A stretch of DNA of 63,075 nt, counting the filler, from Octopus bimaculoides (lineage: Eukaryota): the NCBI RefSeq assembly GCF_001194135.2. It is 4 parts of 4 records of this genome, joined end to end, with 100 filler letters (N's around TTAATTAATTAA, not from the genome) between each part and the next. Parts side by side here need not be neighbours in the genome. Positions count along the whole stretch, not along the records: positions 1 to 10,292 come from NC_068990.1; positions 10,393 to 29,396 come from NW_026299678.1; 2 more parts are not named here. One strand, given 5' to 3'. Below are positions 1 through 11,350 of this stretch, piece after piece. Numbering within the stretch: the first letter of the stretch is position 1; each line of letters begins with the position of its first letter. Made by a program: the position numbers and the translations under genes. Under the pieces are notes generated by a model, which did not search any database, was not told where the DNA came from, and saw only the letters and a program-made list of their open reading frames with translations.

Positions 1-486
1 AATATATTGGAATATAATTAAACAAATAGAAAAGAACTGATCAAGACAGGAATTTAAACAAACAAAGGACTCAAAGAATTTCATGATGAACGTGAGAGTA
101 ATTGCAGAAATTAGTGAAGCATGGAAACTAGAAACGTTGAGATTCATTGTGAAGTAATTGGTCCAAAGGAAAAAGGAATGAGGAATGCGACGTGAAAAGA
201 ATATTTTATATACGAAAAATATTTTTAAATATTACATTGGAGGAGGATTCTTTTGATTTGTCTGACAATTTCGCTCGTTTTTTGGGGTTTTTTTTCTACT
301 TGACGATCTATCGTCGTATGAAAAGAGGTAAAATTTATTCAAATTTCTAAAATGATAGGTAAATGTTATAGAAGAATAGAGCTGAAAAAAAAAGGTAAGA
401 CACTACGTTAAAAATATTTTCGTGTTAATTAAAATAACATCAGAAAGGATTAAATAAATGGAGGAGGGAGAACAATGTTATCTGAC

Positions 487-676
487 AAATTTTGGCACAA
501 GGCTAGCAATTTCGAGGAAATGGTGAAGTCGATTACAGTACTGGACGACTACAGCACTGGTACTCATTTTATCGACCCCGAAAGGATGAAAGGCAAAACC
601 GACCTTGACAGAATTTGAACTCAGAACGTATAGACAAATAAAATGCCGCTTAATATTCAGCCAGCTCGCCGCCTTA
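487..676 (-). mobile_element. SINE family B (tRNA-derived head, conserved central box gcctttcatcctttcggggtcgataaa)
   Basis: Reverse complement reads aaggcggcgagctg...gttctgagttcaaattc...gcctttcatcctttcggggtcgataaaatgagtaccag...ccttgtgccaaaattt, matching >15 other copies in the window; short internal deletion in the head. Confidence 0.85.
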
Positions 677-1894
677 CCCTAGTAATTAGTATTGTAAGCA
701 ATTAATTTTATTTACACCGAAAATGCCCATGAGAAAGGCATGAATGTAACATCGTGCTTTTTACTATCTTTTATAAAGTCTTGTATCGATGTAAGAAAGA
801 AAGAAAATAAGGTGTTTACAAAAAATGGGGCAGCTTTTTTGTTGTTACATCTGGTGGTGGAATGATCGAGAAAATAGGGAGGGGAATAAAAATATCAAAA
901 AAAAAATTGACAGGTAGCTAAGGAAATGCTTACAATACACCGAATTCTATAGTTATAGAAGCTTATGTAGATTACGAATAAATGTAGAAGCGAAAATAAA
1001 GGTCAAGGATGATGAGAAAAAAAATCCTTCGAAGTAATTGTAGGACTCTGAGCGACAAAGGTTAGGTTTGTATCAACAGATAAATAAATATGAACGTTAA
1101 AAGCGGCATTGATGAAAAAAATATGATGAAGAATAATGAAGATCTTGAAGTGAATGAAGACGACATGAAAGAATGGTGCAAAGCATGTTATATAAACAAA
1201 TCGTTGCACACAGTTGTAGTCGTCGTCACAATATAAAAGAACAACGATGAAAATGTATGGAGAAAAAGAAAAAAATAGAAACAGAAGATAGAAAGTAGAA
1301 AAAGGAAGAAAGACAAAAAATAATACAAGTTAAAGAAAGGTTATGTAAAGAAAGGAACAGTTGTGTGGTTATTGTTAGGCAGCACGAGACCAGGCGTTTA
1401 AGAAGAAACTGGGTAAGAAAAATAATAGATAAGATAGTTATATCAGTTATATAAAGTGTCGAATGTTTGGTTGAGAGGCAGCTGGGTGAATCGTCGTTTG
1501 GTGTTCATGAGGAAACAGAGAGGAAGAAGGAGGGAGAGAGAGAGGGGGAGACAGAGAAAAAGAGACAGACAGAGAAAAGGAGACAGACAGAGGTAGAGAG
1601 AGACAAACAGACAGTGACACACAATATGTCTGATTAAAAGGAGGGATGGTCACGGATAGAAGGAACACCATTGAACATGAATTCACTGAGTTAGGTTCGA
1701 CTTCGTCCTAAACATCAACAAATAACAACATTATCAACATGAAAGTAGCCATGATAAAATGGCCGCAATCGCGTTTGCTCGTTAATATTTATGAAAGAGA
1801 TAAATGTTTCTACACCGATAAAAGCTATAAGCATTTTGTCAAAAGAGTAAATAAAATGTTAACACACTGTAAATGCAAAATAAATGGGGTTCTG

Positions 1895-1994
<100 letters not shown>

Positions 1995-2002
1995 AAACAT
2001 AT

Positions 2003-2289
2003 ACTCTTTTACTCCTTTACTTGTTTCAGTCATTTGACTGTGGCCATGCTGGAGCACCACCATTAGTCGCGCAATTCGACCCCAGGACTTATTCTTTGGA
2101 AGCCTAGTGCTTATTCTATCGGTCTCTTTTGCCGAACCGCTAAGTAACGGGGACGTAAACACGCCAGCATCGGTTGTCAAGCGATGTTGGGGGGACAAAC
2201 ACAGACACACAAACATATACACACACATACATACACATATGTATACATATATACGACGGGCTTCTTCCAGTTTCCGTGTACCAAATCCA
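2003..2289 (-). mobile_element. SINE family C, 5'-truncated (tail, internal microsatellite, part of head)
   Basis: Matches full-length copies at 28357-28760 and 33253-33639 (actcttttacttgtttcagtcatttgactg...gacgggcttct...agtttcc). Confidence 0.9.
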
Positions 2290-2399
2290 AGTACTGGGCT
2301 TACAAAGAATAAGTCCCGGGGTTGATTTTCTCGACTAAAGGCGGTGCCCCAGCATGGCCGCAGTCAAATGACTGAAAGAAGTAAAAGAGTAAAAGAGTA
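2290..2399 (+). mobile_element. SINE family C 3' tail fragment, inverted relative to the adjacent copy
   Basis: agtactgggcttacaaagaataagtcc...cagtcaaatgactgaaagaagtaaaagagtaaaagagt. Confidence 0.9.
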
Positions 2400-2447
2400 T
2401 ATATATNNNNNNNNNNTGCCAACCCTTTCTCTCTCTCACTCACTCTC

Positions 2448-2482
<35 letters not shown>

Positions 2483-2611
2483 CTTCTCTCTCTCCCCCTC
2501 ACACACACACTATTTCCTGTTTCCTCCCCTTCCTTACATTTCTTTACCCCTTCTTTCTTCCTTCATTTCTTCTCCCATTCCTTCCTTCCTTCCTTCCATC
2601 ATTGTTTTCTT

Positions 2612-2779
2612 CTTTTCGTCTATCCTTCTTTTCGTCTATCCTTTTTTTCGTCCATCCTTCTTTTCGTCTATCCTTCTTTTCGTCCATCCTTCTTTTCGTC
2701 CATCCTTCTTTTCGTCCATCCTTCTTTTCGTCCATCCTTCTTTTCGTCTATCCTTCTTTTCGTCTATCCTTCTTTTCAC
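2612..2779. repeat. 16-bp minisatellite (CTTTTCGTCYATCCTT) x10
   Basis: Ten consecutive units counted by eye, within a pyrimidine-rich block. Confidence 0.9.
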
Positions 2780-3260
2780 TTTTTCCTTACTTTACTTCTT
2801 CTCATCCTTCTTTTTTCTTCCTTCTTTATGCGTTTCTTCCGTTCTTCCTTCTTTCTTTCTTCCGTCCACCTTTTTCTTCATTCTTCTTACCACCCCACTT
2901 TTCATTCTTTCTTCCCTCTTTCCTTCTGCCATCCTTCACCCACCCCACTGGTATCCTTCCTTCTTTCATTCTCCTTTCTTCCCTTTTTCCTATCTTTCTT
3001 CTTTCCTACCTTCCTACCTTCATTCTTCCTTCCTTCTTTCATTTCATTTCTTTCCTAACTCACTTCGTTCTTTCCTTTCTATTTCACGGTCCTTCTTGCT
3101 TTTGTTTCCTTCCTACAATCTTCTTTCCTTCCGTCCTTCCTAACTTCGTTCCTTTGTAGTTTTACTTCCCGCCAATTTCCTTCTATCATACCTCCTTCTC
3201 AAATATGAAATAAGAAGCAAGAAACAACACATCACAGGGAGAGAGGGAGTAGATTGAAAC

Positions 3261-3292
<32 letters not shown>

Positions 3293-3617
3293 AGAGGGAA
3301 GAGAGACAGAAAGAAAGCGATGGGGCCAGAGACAGACGGACATATTCCAGCCGTTAAACTTATACAGACATTTTGATACGGTTTCTCTTTATCTGAGCCA
3401 ATGATCTGTCAATCTAACTCCAGAGTAAACGAGACGAGGAAGGCAAAAGGAAGGGCATGAGATGTCTGTCTTGGATGATAATGGGGGTGAGGTGAGGGAG
3501 AGAGAGAAAAGAGAGGGGATAGGGAGGAGGAGGAAGGGGAAGACGAATAGGAGGAGGAAGAGGAGGAGGAAAAGGGGATGAAGGAGAGGAAGTAAAAAAA
3601 GAAATTAGTAAAAGGAG

Positions 3618-3740
3618 ATGAAAGAAGAAGAAAAAGAAGAAGAAGAAGAAGAAGAAGAAGAAGAAGAAGAAGATGATGAAGAAGAAGAAGAAGATGATGA
3701 AGAAGAAGAAGAAGAAGAAGAACAACAACAACAACAACAA

Positions 3741-3775
<35 letters not shown>

Positions 3776-3785
3776 ACGACAACAA
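3618..3785. repeat. Compound trinucleotide microsatellite (GAA/GAT)n-(CAA)n-(CAG)n
   Basis: Direct reading; source of the poly-E/poly-Q ORFs. Confidence 0.95.
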
Positions 3786-4195
3786 CATACGACAGAAGAC
3801 TGCTTTTATCTNNNNNNNNNNNNNNNNNNNNNNNNNNNNNNNNNNNNNNNNNNNNNNNNNNNNNNNNNNNNNNNNNNNNNNNNNNNNNNNNNNNNNNNNN
3901 NNNNNNNNNNNNNNNNNNNNNNNNNNNNNNNNNNNNNNNNNNNNNNNNNNNNNNNNNNAGTAGTGGTGGTGGTGGTGGTGGTGGTGGTGGGGGTTTGCTT
4001 GAGGACGACTTTGGCAGTTAATTCCTATTCTAATGTTTTTCTTTTTCTTCGGCTGTGTTTAGGCGCGCGTATATGCACGCGAGCGAGATGAGGTTAGAAA
4101 TACACCGACACACGTATACATACATACATACATACACACATACGCACATACACACATACATACATACACACATACACACATACACACATACATAC

Positions 4196-4267
4196 ATGAT
4201 GACATATTATTATATATGTATGTGTGTGTTCATACGAGCACGTACATGCGTGCATATATATGTATGC

Positions 4268-4324
<57 letters not shown>

Positions 4325-4464
4325 AATATGTATACACAAATGCGCGTGTGCATATGCATACATACATACATACATACATACGTACATACATGATGACATT
4401 ATTATATATGTATGTGTGTGTGTTCATACGAGCACGTACATGTGTGCATATGTATGTATGCATA

Positions 4465-4495
<31 letters not shown>

Positions 4496-4575
4496 ATATA
4501 TATATATACACATATATATGTGTGAATATATATACACAAATGCGCGTTCGCATATGCATACATACATACATACAT
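4196..4575. repeat. Two-copy tandem duplication of a ~195-bp compound microsatellite unit
   Basis: atgatgacat..ttcatacgagcacgtacatg..tgtgaatat..acacaaatgcgcgt..catatgcatac occurs twice, starting near 4196 and 4390. Confidence 0.85.
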
Positions 4576-5149
4576 ATATATATATATACACACACACACG
4601 CACACACCGAGATTAGCTTGGTCTATAAGGGGCTGAACCCGATATATTCCTAGACCCTCCCGAGATCCCCCGTGTGCGTGCGTGTGTGTGTCTGTCTGTC
4701 TGTCACTGTGTCTGTGTGCGCGCGTGCGCGCGTGTATATGTACATGTATGTGTCTGTGTGTGTGTGTGTGTGTGTAGATATAAAATATACATTTGAGGAA
4801 CGCAAAGGAACTGGGACACAAAAGCTGCGACACAAAATTTGTGGAAAATAATAATTCGAGGCAAGGAAGGAAGGAAGAGGGTGGTAAGTAAATAAAGAGA
4901 TTGTAATTGCAAATGCAAGTTAGAATGGTAAATTTGAGGAGAAACAGAATGTGAAAGAAAGAGTATAGCAATAAGAGAAGGAAGATTAAGGAGAAAGAAC
5001 GAGTGAATGAAAAAAAGTAATGAAGGAAAGAATGAAGGAACGAATAAAAGGGTGCAGGAGAAACGATGAAAAATGAAAATGAAAGAAAATAGTTTGTCGA
5101 ACATTAAACGAAGAAAAAGATGGATGTGAAGGAAAAAAGTCGATAGGAG

Positions 5150-5179
5150 CGAGAAAGAAAGAAAGAAAGTAGGAAAGAG

Positions 5180-5238
<59 letters not shown>

Positions 5239-5470
5239 GAGAAAGAAATAAAGAAAGAAAGAGATAAAGAAAGAAAGGAAGGAAGGAAGGAAGGAAGAAA
5301 GGAAGGAAGGAAGAATCCTAGAGAGTGGGAGAGAGAGAAAGAAGGAAAGAATCAAACAGAAGAGAGACAGTCAGTCAGACAGACAGACAGGCGGACAGAC
5401 AGGCGGACAGACAGGCGGACAGACAGGCGGACAGATAGGTGGACGGGCGGACAGACAGACAGGCGGAAGG
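5150..5470. repeat. Purine-rich array (AAAG)n-(AAGG)n-(AGAC)n-(CAGACAGGCGGA)n
   Basis: Direct reading. Confidence 0.9.
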
Positions 5471-6120
5471 ACAGAAAGACAGGGAGATGGGGACTAAAAG
5501 AAAGACGAAAACTAGCAGAAAAATGGACACGAAATTAACAGAATAGAAAATAACGGCGGAATTTTGAAAAGTCTACACCAGAGAACTTCATAGGATAAAC
5601 TATTTTAGGATAGTTAATCTAAGTCATTTACTTTGAGTAAATTAGTCGGGTTACAGAAGAATGTCTGCACACACCTGAAGACAAGTCTGTGATAGGACAT
5701 AGAGCAAAGGCGATCATGTTTGACTACTACGAAGTAAAGGACGTCAATTTACAGGACAGGTCTTTTCTTTTATCACGTACAAAGTGCAACAGGAAAACCT
5801 CCCTTTTTTCAGTCAGTCATTGTCGAGTCTGTATAAAATATGGGAGTGGTAATGGGATCACATTAAGCAAATGTCTTTTTTTTTCATTTTTTGTTGTTGT
5901 TTTTTTTGTTGTTTTTTTTTTTGTTATTATTATGATTTAAGAACACATCTTGCGTTTGCTGTTGAAATGTATATCGATCTGTAAAATATGAAAAGGTTGT
6001 TTTTTTTTGTTTGTTTTTCTTTGCTGCACCATATACACCTGGGTGCAGCAAAATATTTAATACAATATCTAATAATGTTTAATTATAACAATATCATTGA
6101 CATTTTCAGACATCAAATGG

Positions 6121-6191
6121 CTATGAAGGTCCACCCCTGAGTAAAATAGGAATCCAGGGTGTCCATAGATAGAAAAATGGTTGAGAACCAC
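6121..6191. mobile_element. Right end of a hAT-like MITE
   Basis: ...gagtaaaataggaatc...ggtccat...aaaaatggttgagaaccac; same end at 26741-26807; terminus resembles the CAGTGGTTCTCAACC TIR of hAT/Charlie-type MITEs. Confidence 0.55.
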
Positions 6192-6529
6192 GATACACAG
6201 TGGGATAGCATGAAGATTGTTACACACAGAGTTTTAGATTTAGTTTTAATTCTGTAAATCTGTAAGAAGTGTTCGCCCAAACCACTGCTCTAGTCATGAG
6301 CATTATAGTCAATGACATTATCATCATCGCAGCAGCTGTTGCAAAAGAGACAAACAGACAGACAGACATGAATAAGTCATATAACTGTAGGTGTGTGGTG
6401 TTCCTATTTACAGTCAGTGGGATTGATTCCTTAGAAAGCAAATTCCTTTGGCCTGGCCACGGTTAGAACCAAATGGAATCAACAAGATAGGAAACTTTGG
6501 CTCTCAAATTTGTTTCTAATTTATTTATA

Positions 6530-6895
6530 AGAACAGCAATTTTGAACGGTCTAGGTTAATCGATTGCATCGATCCTAGAGTTTGAATGGTACATTATTTT
6601 ATTAACCCCTGAAGGAAAGAAAGGTAAAGATGATCTCGGTGAGATTTGAACTCAGAACATAAAGAGCCATAAAAAGAACACGGCGAGAGATTCTGTCACC
6701 ATTTTAATGATTTTACCATTTCGCCATCTTCCTGACCCTCAAAATAATTTGTAGCATAAAATACACGGCCACAATTATTTGGAAAGTGTACGGTATCGAT
6801 CAAATTATCCACAGTACCGAGTTGCAATTTATTTTGTCGACCTCGGGAGGGTAAAAGACAAAAACTGACTCTGACAAGATTTGAACTCGGAACCT
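6530..6895 (-). mobile_element. Two diverged SINE B copies (6530-6730, 6790-6895)
   Basis: gatttgaactcagaac, gaaggaaagaaaggtaaag and gtcgacctcgggagggtaaaagac match the family B reverse complement. Confidence 0.7.
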
Positions 6896-7212
6896 TAATA
6901 ACCGTAACCAACCCTTAGTCCCAATACTTATTCCGCCAATGTAACACGTTCTCTGACTCTTATGACGGAAAAGTGCCCTTAATCCTCAAAGGGTTACAAG
7001 GTCACCCGATAAATGGTTTGCCAATTTCCAATACGTTAAAAGCAAGACAGCTAAGTCTAACTCTTACCTTTCGCCTTTAAAACAAACTATCCAACCTTCT
7101 AACGATTCCACCAATTGACCGCCTTGTACTTATGCCTGTATATGATGATATGTGTGTGTGCGTATGCATACATGCATGTATGTATATATGTTTGTATCTC
7201 TCTTTCTCTCTG

Positions 7213-7259
<47 letters not shown>

Positions 7260-7641
7260 CATACATACAGATACACGGAAGTGTCTTTATATCTAAAACA
7301 TACATAGTCTTGCTGTGAAATGAAACGCGATGAGACAGACTTCTTCGTTGACGGCATGCTGGGTTGATGGATAAGTAATTGCTGAACAGATGTCAAGCTA
7401 TCACTCATATGCAAATTGCTCCACCCTGTACGAAGTAAATCCTATTTTCTATACAGTAATGATCCGTTTCTCCTCGGCATGGAAGCAATGGGTTAAACAA
7501 AACGCTAAAGGAAGACTTACTAATGTTCTAAACTTCACATTCAGTTGCACATTCGGTACTGTGTCACTGACAAGTTAGTATATATACTGTCATATCTCAT
7601 TACACAGCAACACCATATGCGTATGCGTGTACATACATACA

Positions 7642-7675
<34 letters not shown>

Positions 7676-7704
7676 CATACATACATACATGCATACATAC
7701 ATAG

Positions 7705-7870
7705 TTGAAACTTACAGAAAAACAAAAGACGAAGACAGGGGTATGAACAACAAGCAGGTGTATTAGTTTGACGCTCGGGAAAGTGAAAAAGTCATTTACG
7801 TTTCGAGCCTACGCTCTTCAACAGAAAGGAATAACAGAAAATAAACAAGAGAACAAACAAATAAAAACAT
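7705..7870 (-). mobile_element. Solo pseudo-LTR of the Penelope-like element found at 60748-62160
   Basis: Reverse complement aligns with 61990-62160 (gaagagcgtaggctcgaaac...gactttttcactt.ccgagcgt...cctgtcttcgtcttttgtttt); both end in (TATG)n. Confidence 0.85.
7793..7828 (-). ncRNA. Minimal type-I hammerhead-ribozyme-like motif, variant core CUGUUGA
   Basis: Minus strand: cttt-CTGTTGA-A-GAGC-gtag-GCTC-GAA-ACGT-A-aatg. Stem II 4 bp, palindromic stem III, GUA site. PLE pLTRs are known to carry minimal hammerheads. Confidence 0.6.
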
Positions 7871-8149
7871 GTAGATTTAGCAATCAAGCATGGTTATGAT
7901 TAATTGTTTGTCCCTTCAAACATTTCGATTCATCTTTTTTCTTTGCATGGGAGAGAATTTTCTTGCTAGGAATCTGCTTCATTTCTTCTCGTTAATGAAA
8001 TAAACGAAATCAAGTACTTCATGTAATTCTTAATTCATTTATTTAGTTTCATTTTATTGTTTTGTTTTTAAGGTAATTATTTTTTAATTAACCCACTGGC
8101 TACTTACGACACCAATGCTTGGTTAAGCACTGAGATTCTATGTATATCG

Positions 8150-8330
8150 CTTGCAGAGAAGACGCTGTTGTGACCAGTCTTCAGTCGTCTACCATTGACA
8201 AGGCCAAGAAAGGCCGAAATCACGTGACTGGTAGTCCCGGCGGCGGTGATGGCGGTTAATTATCTCCCGCTAGCAATATAAACGAGAGTGCTCATATGCA
8301 CTACAAGTCCATACGAGAGATTCTCTTATG
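8150..8330. promoter_or_regulatory. Small CpG/GC-enriched non-repeat island with an E-box
   Basis: ATCACGTGAC at 8219-8228 followed by cccggcggcggtgatggcgg; minus-strand donor-like GTAAGT at 8107-8102. Function not demonstrated. Confidence 0.25.
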
Positions 8331-8990
8331 GTAATTATTGCAGTATTTTGTGTTCTAACATAACATCCACTTTTAAGTGAGGACAAATATTACCTGTTGG
8401 TATTAATACTGCTTCTGTCGTTATTAATTATACTAAAATTCTAAATATTCGTAGATAAAAGCTATTTCAATTATGATTAAATCTCTCCAGTATCAAGTAA
8501 TTAACGGTCAATACATTTCATTAATAAGGGATTGTTATTTGGCACCGTCCACTACGAGATCTGAAACGATTATTTTCATATTTATTCTTAACACGTCTAG
8601 GCAAGTTCAGAAGCAAAATATGTTAGTCGCTGTAGTGTACATCATGCGAGAATAGGTTTTCCCTTTTACAACACCAGTGTGTTCAACACACGCGGCTCAT
8701 TGACGCATCGTATTCTGGGACATTGGTGTCTCAATATATTGTCTCATCAATCAGAAGCAGCCGGAACTTTGAGCCAACACGAGACCGCTGGCTTTGTCTA
8801 CAATTTTAGCGAAAAATCTGTAATTGCATTATTTACTTTCTAACAGAAAACGTTTTTAAAAAAAGAAGAAATCGAAAGCTTGTCTATAATGAATACTTGC
8901 TGGAAATATTTGATAAAGAGAAAATCATTTTAGTTCATAACTTATCGTTCATTAGTTGTGTAGAAAGAGGCGAAATTTTAAGATGTTTAC

Positions 8991-9268
8991 ATTGTGAAGA
9001 TTTAGAAACTTCGAGAGATATGAAGTAAACTACTTTTCACAATGGAACTCGAAGTAGATAAAGCTATAAATGTTTACGCGGAATTTGGGGTTCAAAAACT
9101 TAGAATGGCAAAAGTCGAAGGCTGCCCGTGGGACTCAAGCCTGCATCGTCTGTAAACATGACCCACGTGCTAATCCAATAGTCAGCATTTATAGCTTTAT
9201 CTACTTCGAGTTCCACCGTTAAAAAAGGAATTATTTCACATCTCTTGAAGTTTCTAAATTCTTACAAT
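8991..9268. mobile_element. MITE-like element with ~90-bp inverted arms enclosing a tRNA-like core
   Basis: Arms ~8991-9083 and ~9186-9268 share the 31-nt exact match tggaactcgaagtagataaagctataaatg. The core on the minus strand has A-box-like TGGATTAGC, B-box-like GGCTTGAGTCC and TTTT. Confidence 0.75.
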
Positions 9269-9339
9269 TCTCGCTGGTAAGGAAAAAAGTTTCTAAAATG
9301 AATGGAGAAAATTCGAAGGATTGCTTTGGTATAATTGTT

Positions 9340-9465
9340 AGAACATCTGTTATGTATACAGAAGATGTCGGTTCGAGTCCCACGTGCAACCTTCAACTTT
9401 CTTCCCATCCAATGAGTTTTTCAACCCAATATGCTACGCCTTTATATATACGTTTATCTACTTAA
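9340..9465 (+). mobile_element. Second, diverged partial copy of the tRNA-core element in opposite orientation
   Basis: atgtatacagaagatgtcggttcgagtcccacgtgcaaccttcaacttt...tttatctactt aligns to the reverse complement of 9055-9160. Confidence 0.7.
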
Positions 9466-9641
9466 AGTTTTGGTGTTAAAAATGATTTACCAGATAGATC
9501 AAAATGTATGTACAAATATCTGAATTGGTTAAAGACTCTTCCAATAATTTTCTTTCCTGCGAATAGTATTCGACGCGACATGTCTCACTTATCCTGTTCT
9601 AATATAATTAAAGACAGACTCCTTCGAGCACAGTTACTTAC

Positions 9642-9677
9642 CATCTCCTCATGCTCTTACAAGAATATGGACTCTCA
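9642..9677 (-). CDS. Candidate 36-nt internal exon (ESPYSCKSMRR), unknown host gene
   Basis: Acceptor tttctgtgtatctctgcag, donor ATG|gtaagt; only one frame open (phase 2-2), same entry phase as the 10512 candidate. No homology evidence. Confidence 0.3.
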
Positions 9678-10034
9678 CTGCAGAGATACACAGAAATATA
9701 CAAGCTCTGAAAATAAGATAATACCGTTGACATCTTAGTCGTCTCGTAATTGGACAGCGAGGACGAATGAAGGCATATTAAATATCGTACAAAATAATTT
9801 CTTGATTTACAAAACTATCTTTGCTTTTAGAGAAAGTAAACAAACATTGAGCGGCAACTATAATCGACCTTGAATGAGATAATTTTAAGAACACAGTAGT
9901 TTTCCTGAATCGACATGTCAATAAGGAAAAGACAGCCTGTTAATTCAAAGCGCAAACAACAGCTATGAATGTGCGTTCCTTTTTCGTTAGGTGTCGTCAG
10001 CACAATATCGACACTTTATATTTCTTTTTTTCTT

Positions 10035-10245
10035 TTATCTTTTTATCTGTTTCAGCCATTAAACTGGTCCTGCTGGGGCACTGCCTTGAAGAACGATTAG
10101 TTGAATGGATTGACTACGTTATGGAGACGTAAACAAACCTTTACCGGTTGCCTAGTGATGGTAGGGGCATACACAAAGACATAAACATACGCACACACAT
10201 GTAGATAGTAAGCAAGCTTCTTATCACAGAGGCACGTCTGCGCTT
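10035..10245 (-). mobile_element. Degenerate, internally deleted SINE C
   Basis: gtttcagccatt..ctggggcactgccttg..ggagacgtaaac..aagcaagcttcttatcacag. Confidence 0.65.
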
Positions 10246-10292
10246 ATATATATGTGTATGTGTATATGTATATACATATATATATATATATA

Positions 10293-10392
10293 NNNNNNNN
10301 NNNNNNNNNNNNNNNNNNNNNNNNNNNNNNNNNNNNTTAATTAATTAANNNNNNNNNNNNNNNNNNNNNNNNNNNNNNNNNNNNNNNNNNNN
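10293..10392. other. Unsized scaffold gap marker: 44 N + TTAATTAATTAA + 44 N
   Basis: Exact 100-bp pattern repeated three times in the window; the palindrome gives stops in all six frames. Confidence 0.95.
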
Positions 10393-10512
10393 CTGCTGCT
10401 GCTGTTGCTGCCTATTTTGCTGCTTGCACCTGGTGCCGCCGGCGCTGGCGTCGGACTCGGTGTCACGTGTGACTTCTGTGGGAGGTCTTCGTTTGACCTG
10501 GCGCTAGTAACA
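10393..10512 (-). CDS. Candidate internal coding exon, 3' end lost in gap (VTSARSNEDLPQKSHVTPSPTPAPAAPGASSKIGSNSSS), low-complexity peptide of unknown protein
   Basis: Strong acceptor ttttgtttttctttttttgtgtctttgcag at 10514-10513, abrupt GC-rich island, only one of three minus frames open after the acceptor. Confidence 0.5.
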
Positions 10513-10578
10513 CTGCAAAGACACAAAAAAAGAAAAACAAAATATAAATACACATGTTAAATATTGTGTATACTGTGA

Positions 10579-10622
<44 letters not shown>

Positions 10623-11042
10623 TATAAATATATATATACATACACACACTATATATATATACACACACTATATATATTCTACATAAATATATATACACAC
10701 ATTAAATATCTTATATGCAAATATAGACACAAATATTTTCTATACAAATATACACACATCAAATACTTTATATGTGAATATACACAAATTAAATATTTTA
10801 TATACACATTAAATAGCATATACAAATATATACACATTAAATAGCTTATATGCAAATATACACATTAAATACTTTATATGCAAATATACACACATTAAAT
10901 ATTTTAGATACACATATTAAATATCATATACAAATATATACACATTAAATATTTTATATGCAAATATATACACGTCAAATAATTTATAATCAAATATATA
11001 CACACACTAAATATTTTATGCACAAATATATGCATATACAGA

Positions 11043-11208
11043 CGCACAGGCACAGATGTGTGTGACAAGAAGTCTGCTTCCCAACCACATGGTTCTGGGT
11101 TCAATCTCACTGTGTGACATCTTGGGCAAGTGTCTTCTGCTCTAGCTTTGGTTTCACCAAAGCTTTGTGACTGGATTTGGCCGACAGAAACTGAAAGAAG
11201 CCTGTCAT
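11043..11208 (+). mobile_element. SINE C head (tRNA-like, CORE-like box)
   Basis: ctgcttcccaaccacatggttctgggttcaatc...catcttgggcaagtgtcttc...aaactgaaagaagcc. Confidence 0.85.
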
Positions 11209-11250
11209 ATATATGTATGTATGTATATACCGTAAATCCTTGAGTATAAT

Positions 11251-11350
11251 ACTCTTTTACTCTCTCTTTTACTCTTTTACTCGTTTCAGTCATTTGACTG
11301 TGGCCATGCTAGAGCACCGCTTTTAGTCGAGAAAATCAACCCCAGGACTT
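11251..11350 (-). mobile_element. SINE C tail
   Basis: actcttttactc...gtttcagtcatttgactgtggccatgct...ccccaggactt. Confidence 0.85.

Noticed and set aside
5689-5940. 83-aa plus ORF and a nearby minus acceptor
   Set aside because: All minus frames stop quickly; the plus ORF ends in a T-rich tract and lacks exon signals.
10337-10348. TTAATTAATTAA palindrome, three times, as a biological motif (also 29441 and 43875)
   Set aside because: Always centred in exactly 44 N + 12 + 44 N: an assembler gap linker with six-frame stops. Order and orientation across these joins are less certain.
10393-10560. Plus-strand reading LLLLLLPILLLAPGAAGAGVGLGVTCDFCGRSS as a signal-peptide protein
   Set aside because: No good plus-strand donor, while a strong minus-strand acceptor marks the island's edge. 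Antisense of S/P/A-rich coding sequence typically gives such L/G/A strings.
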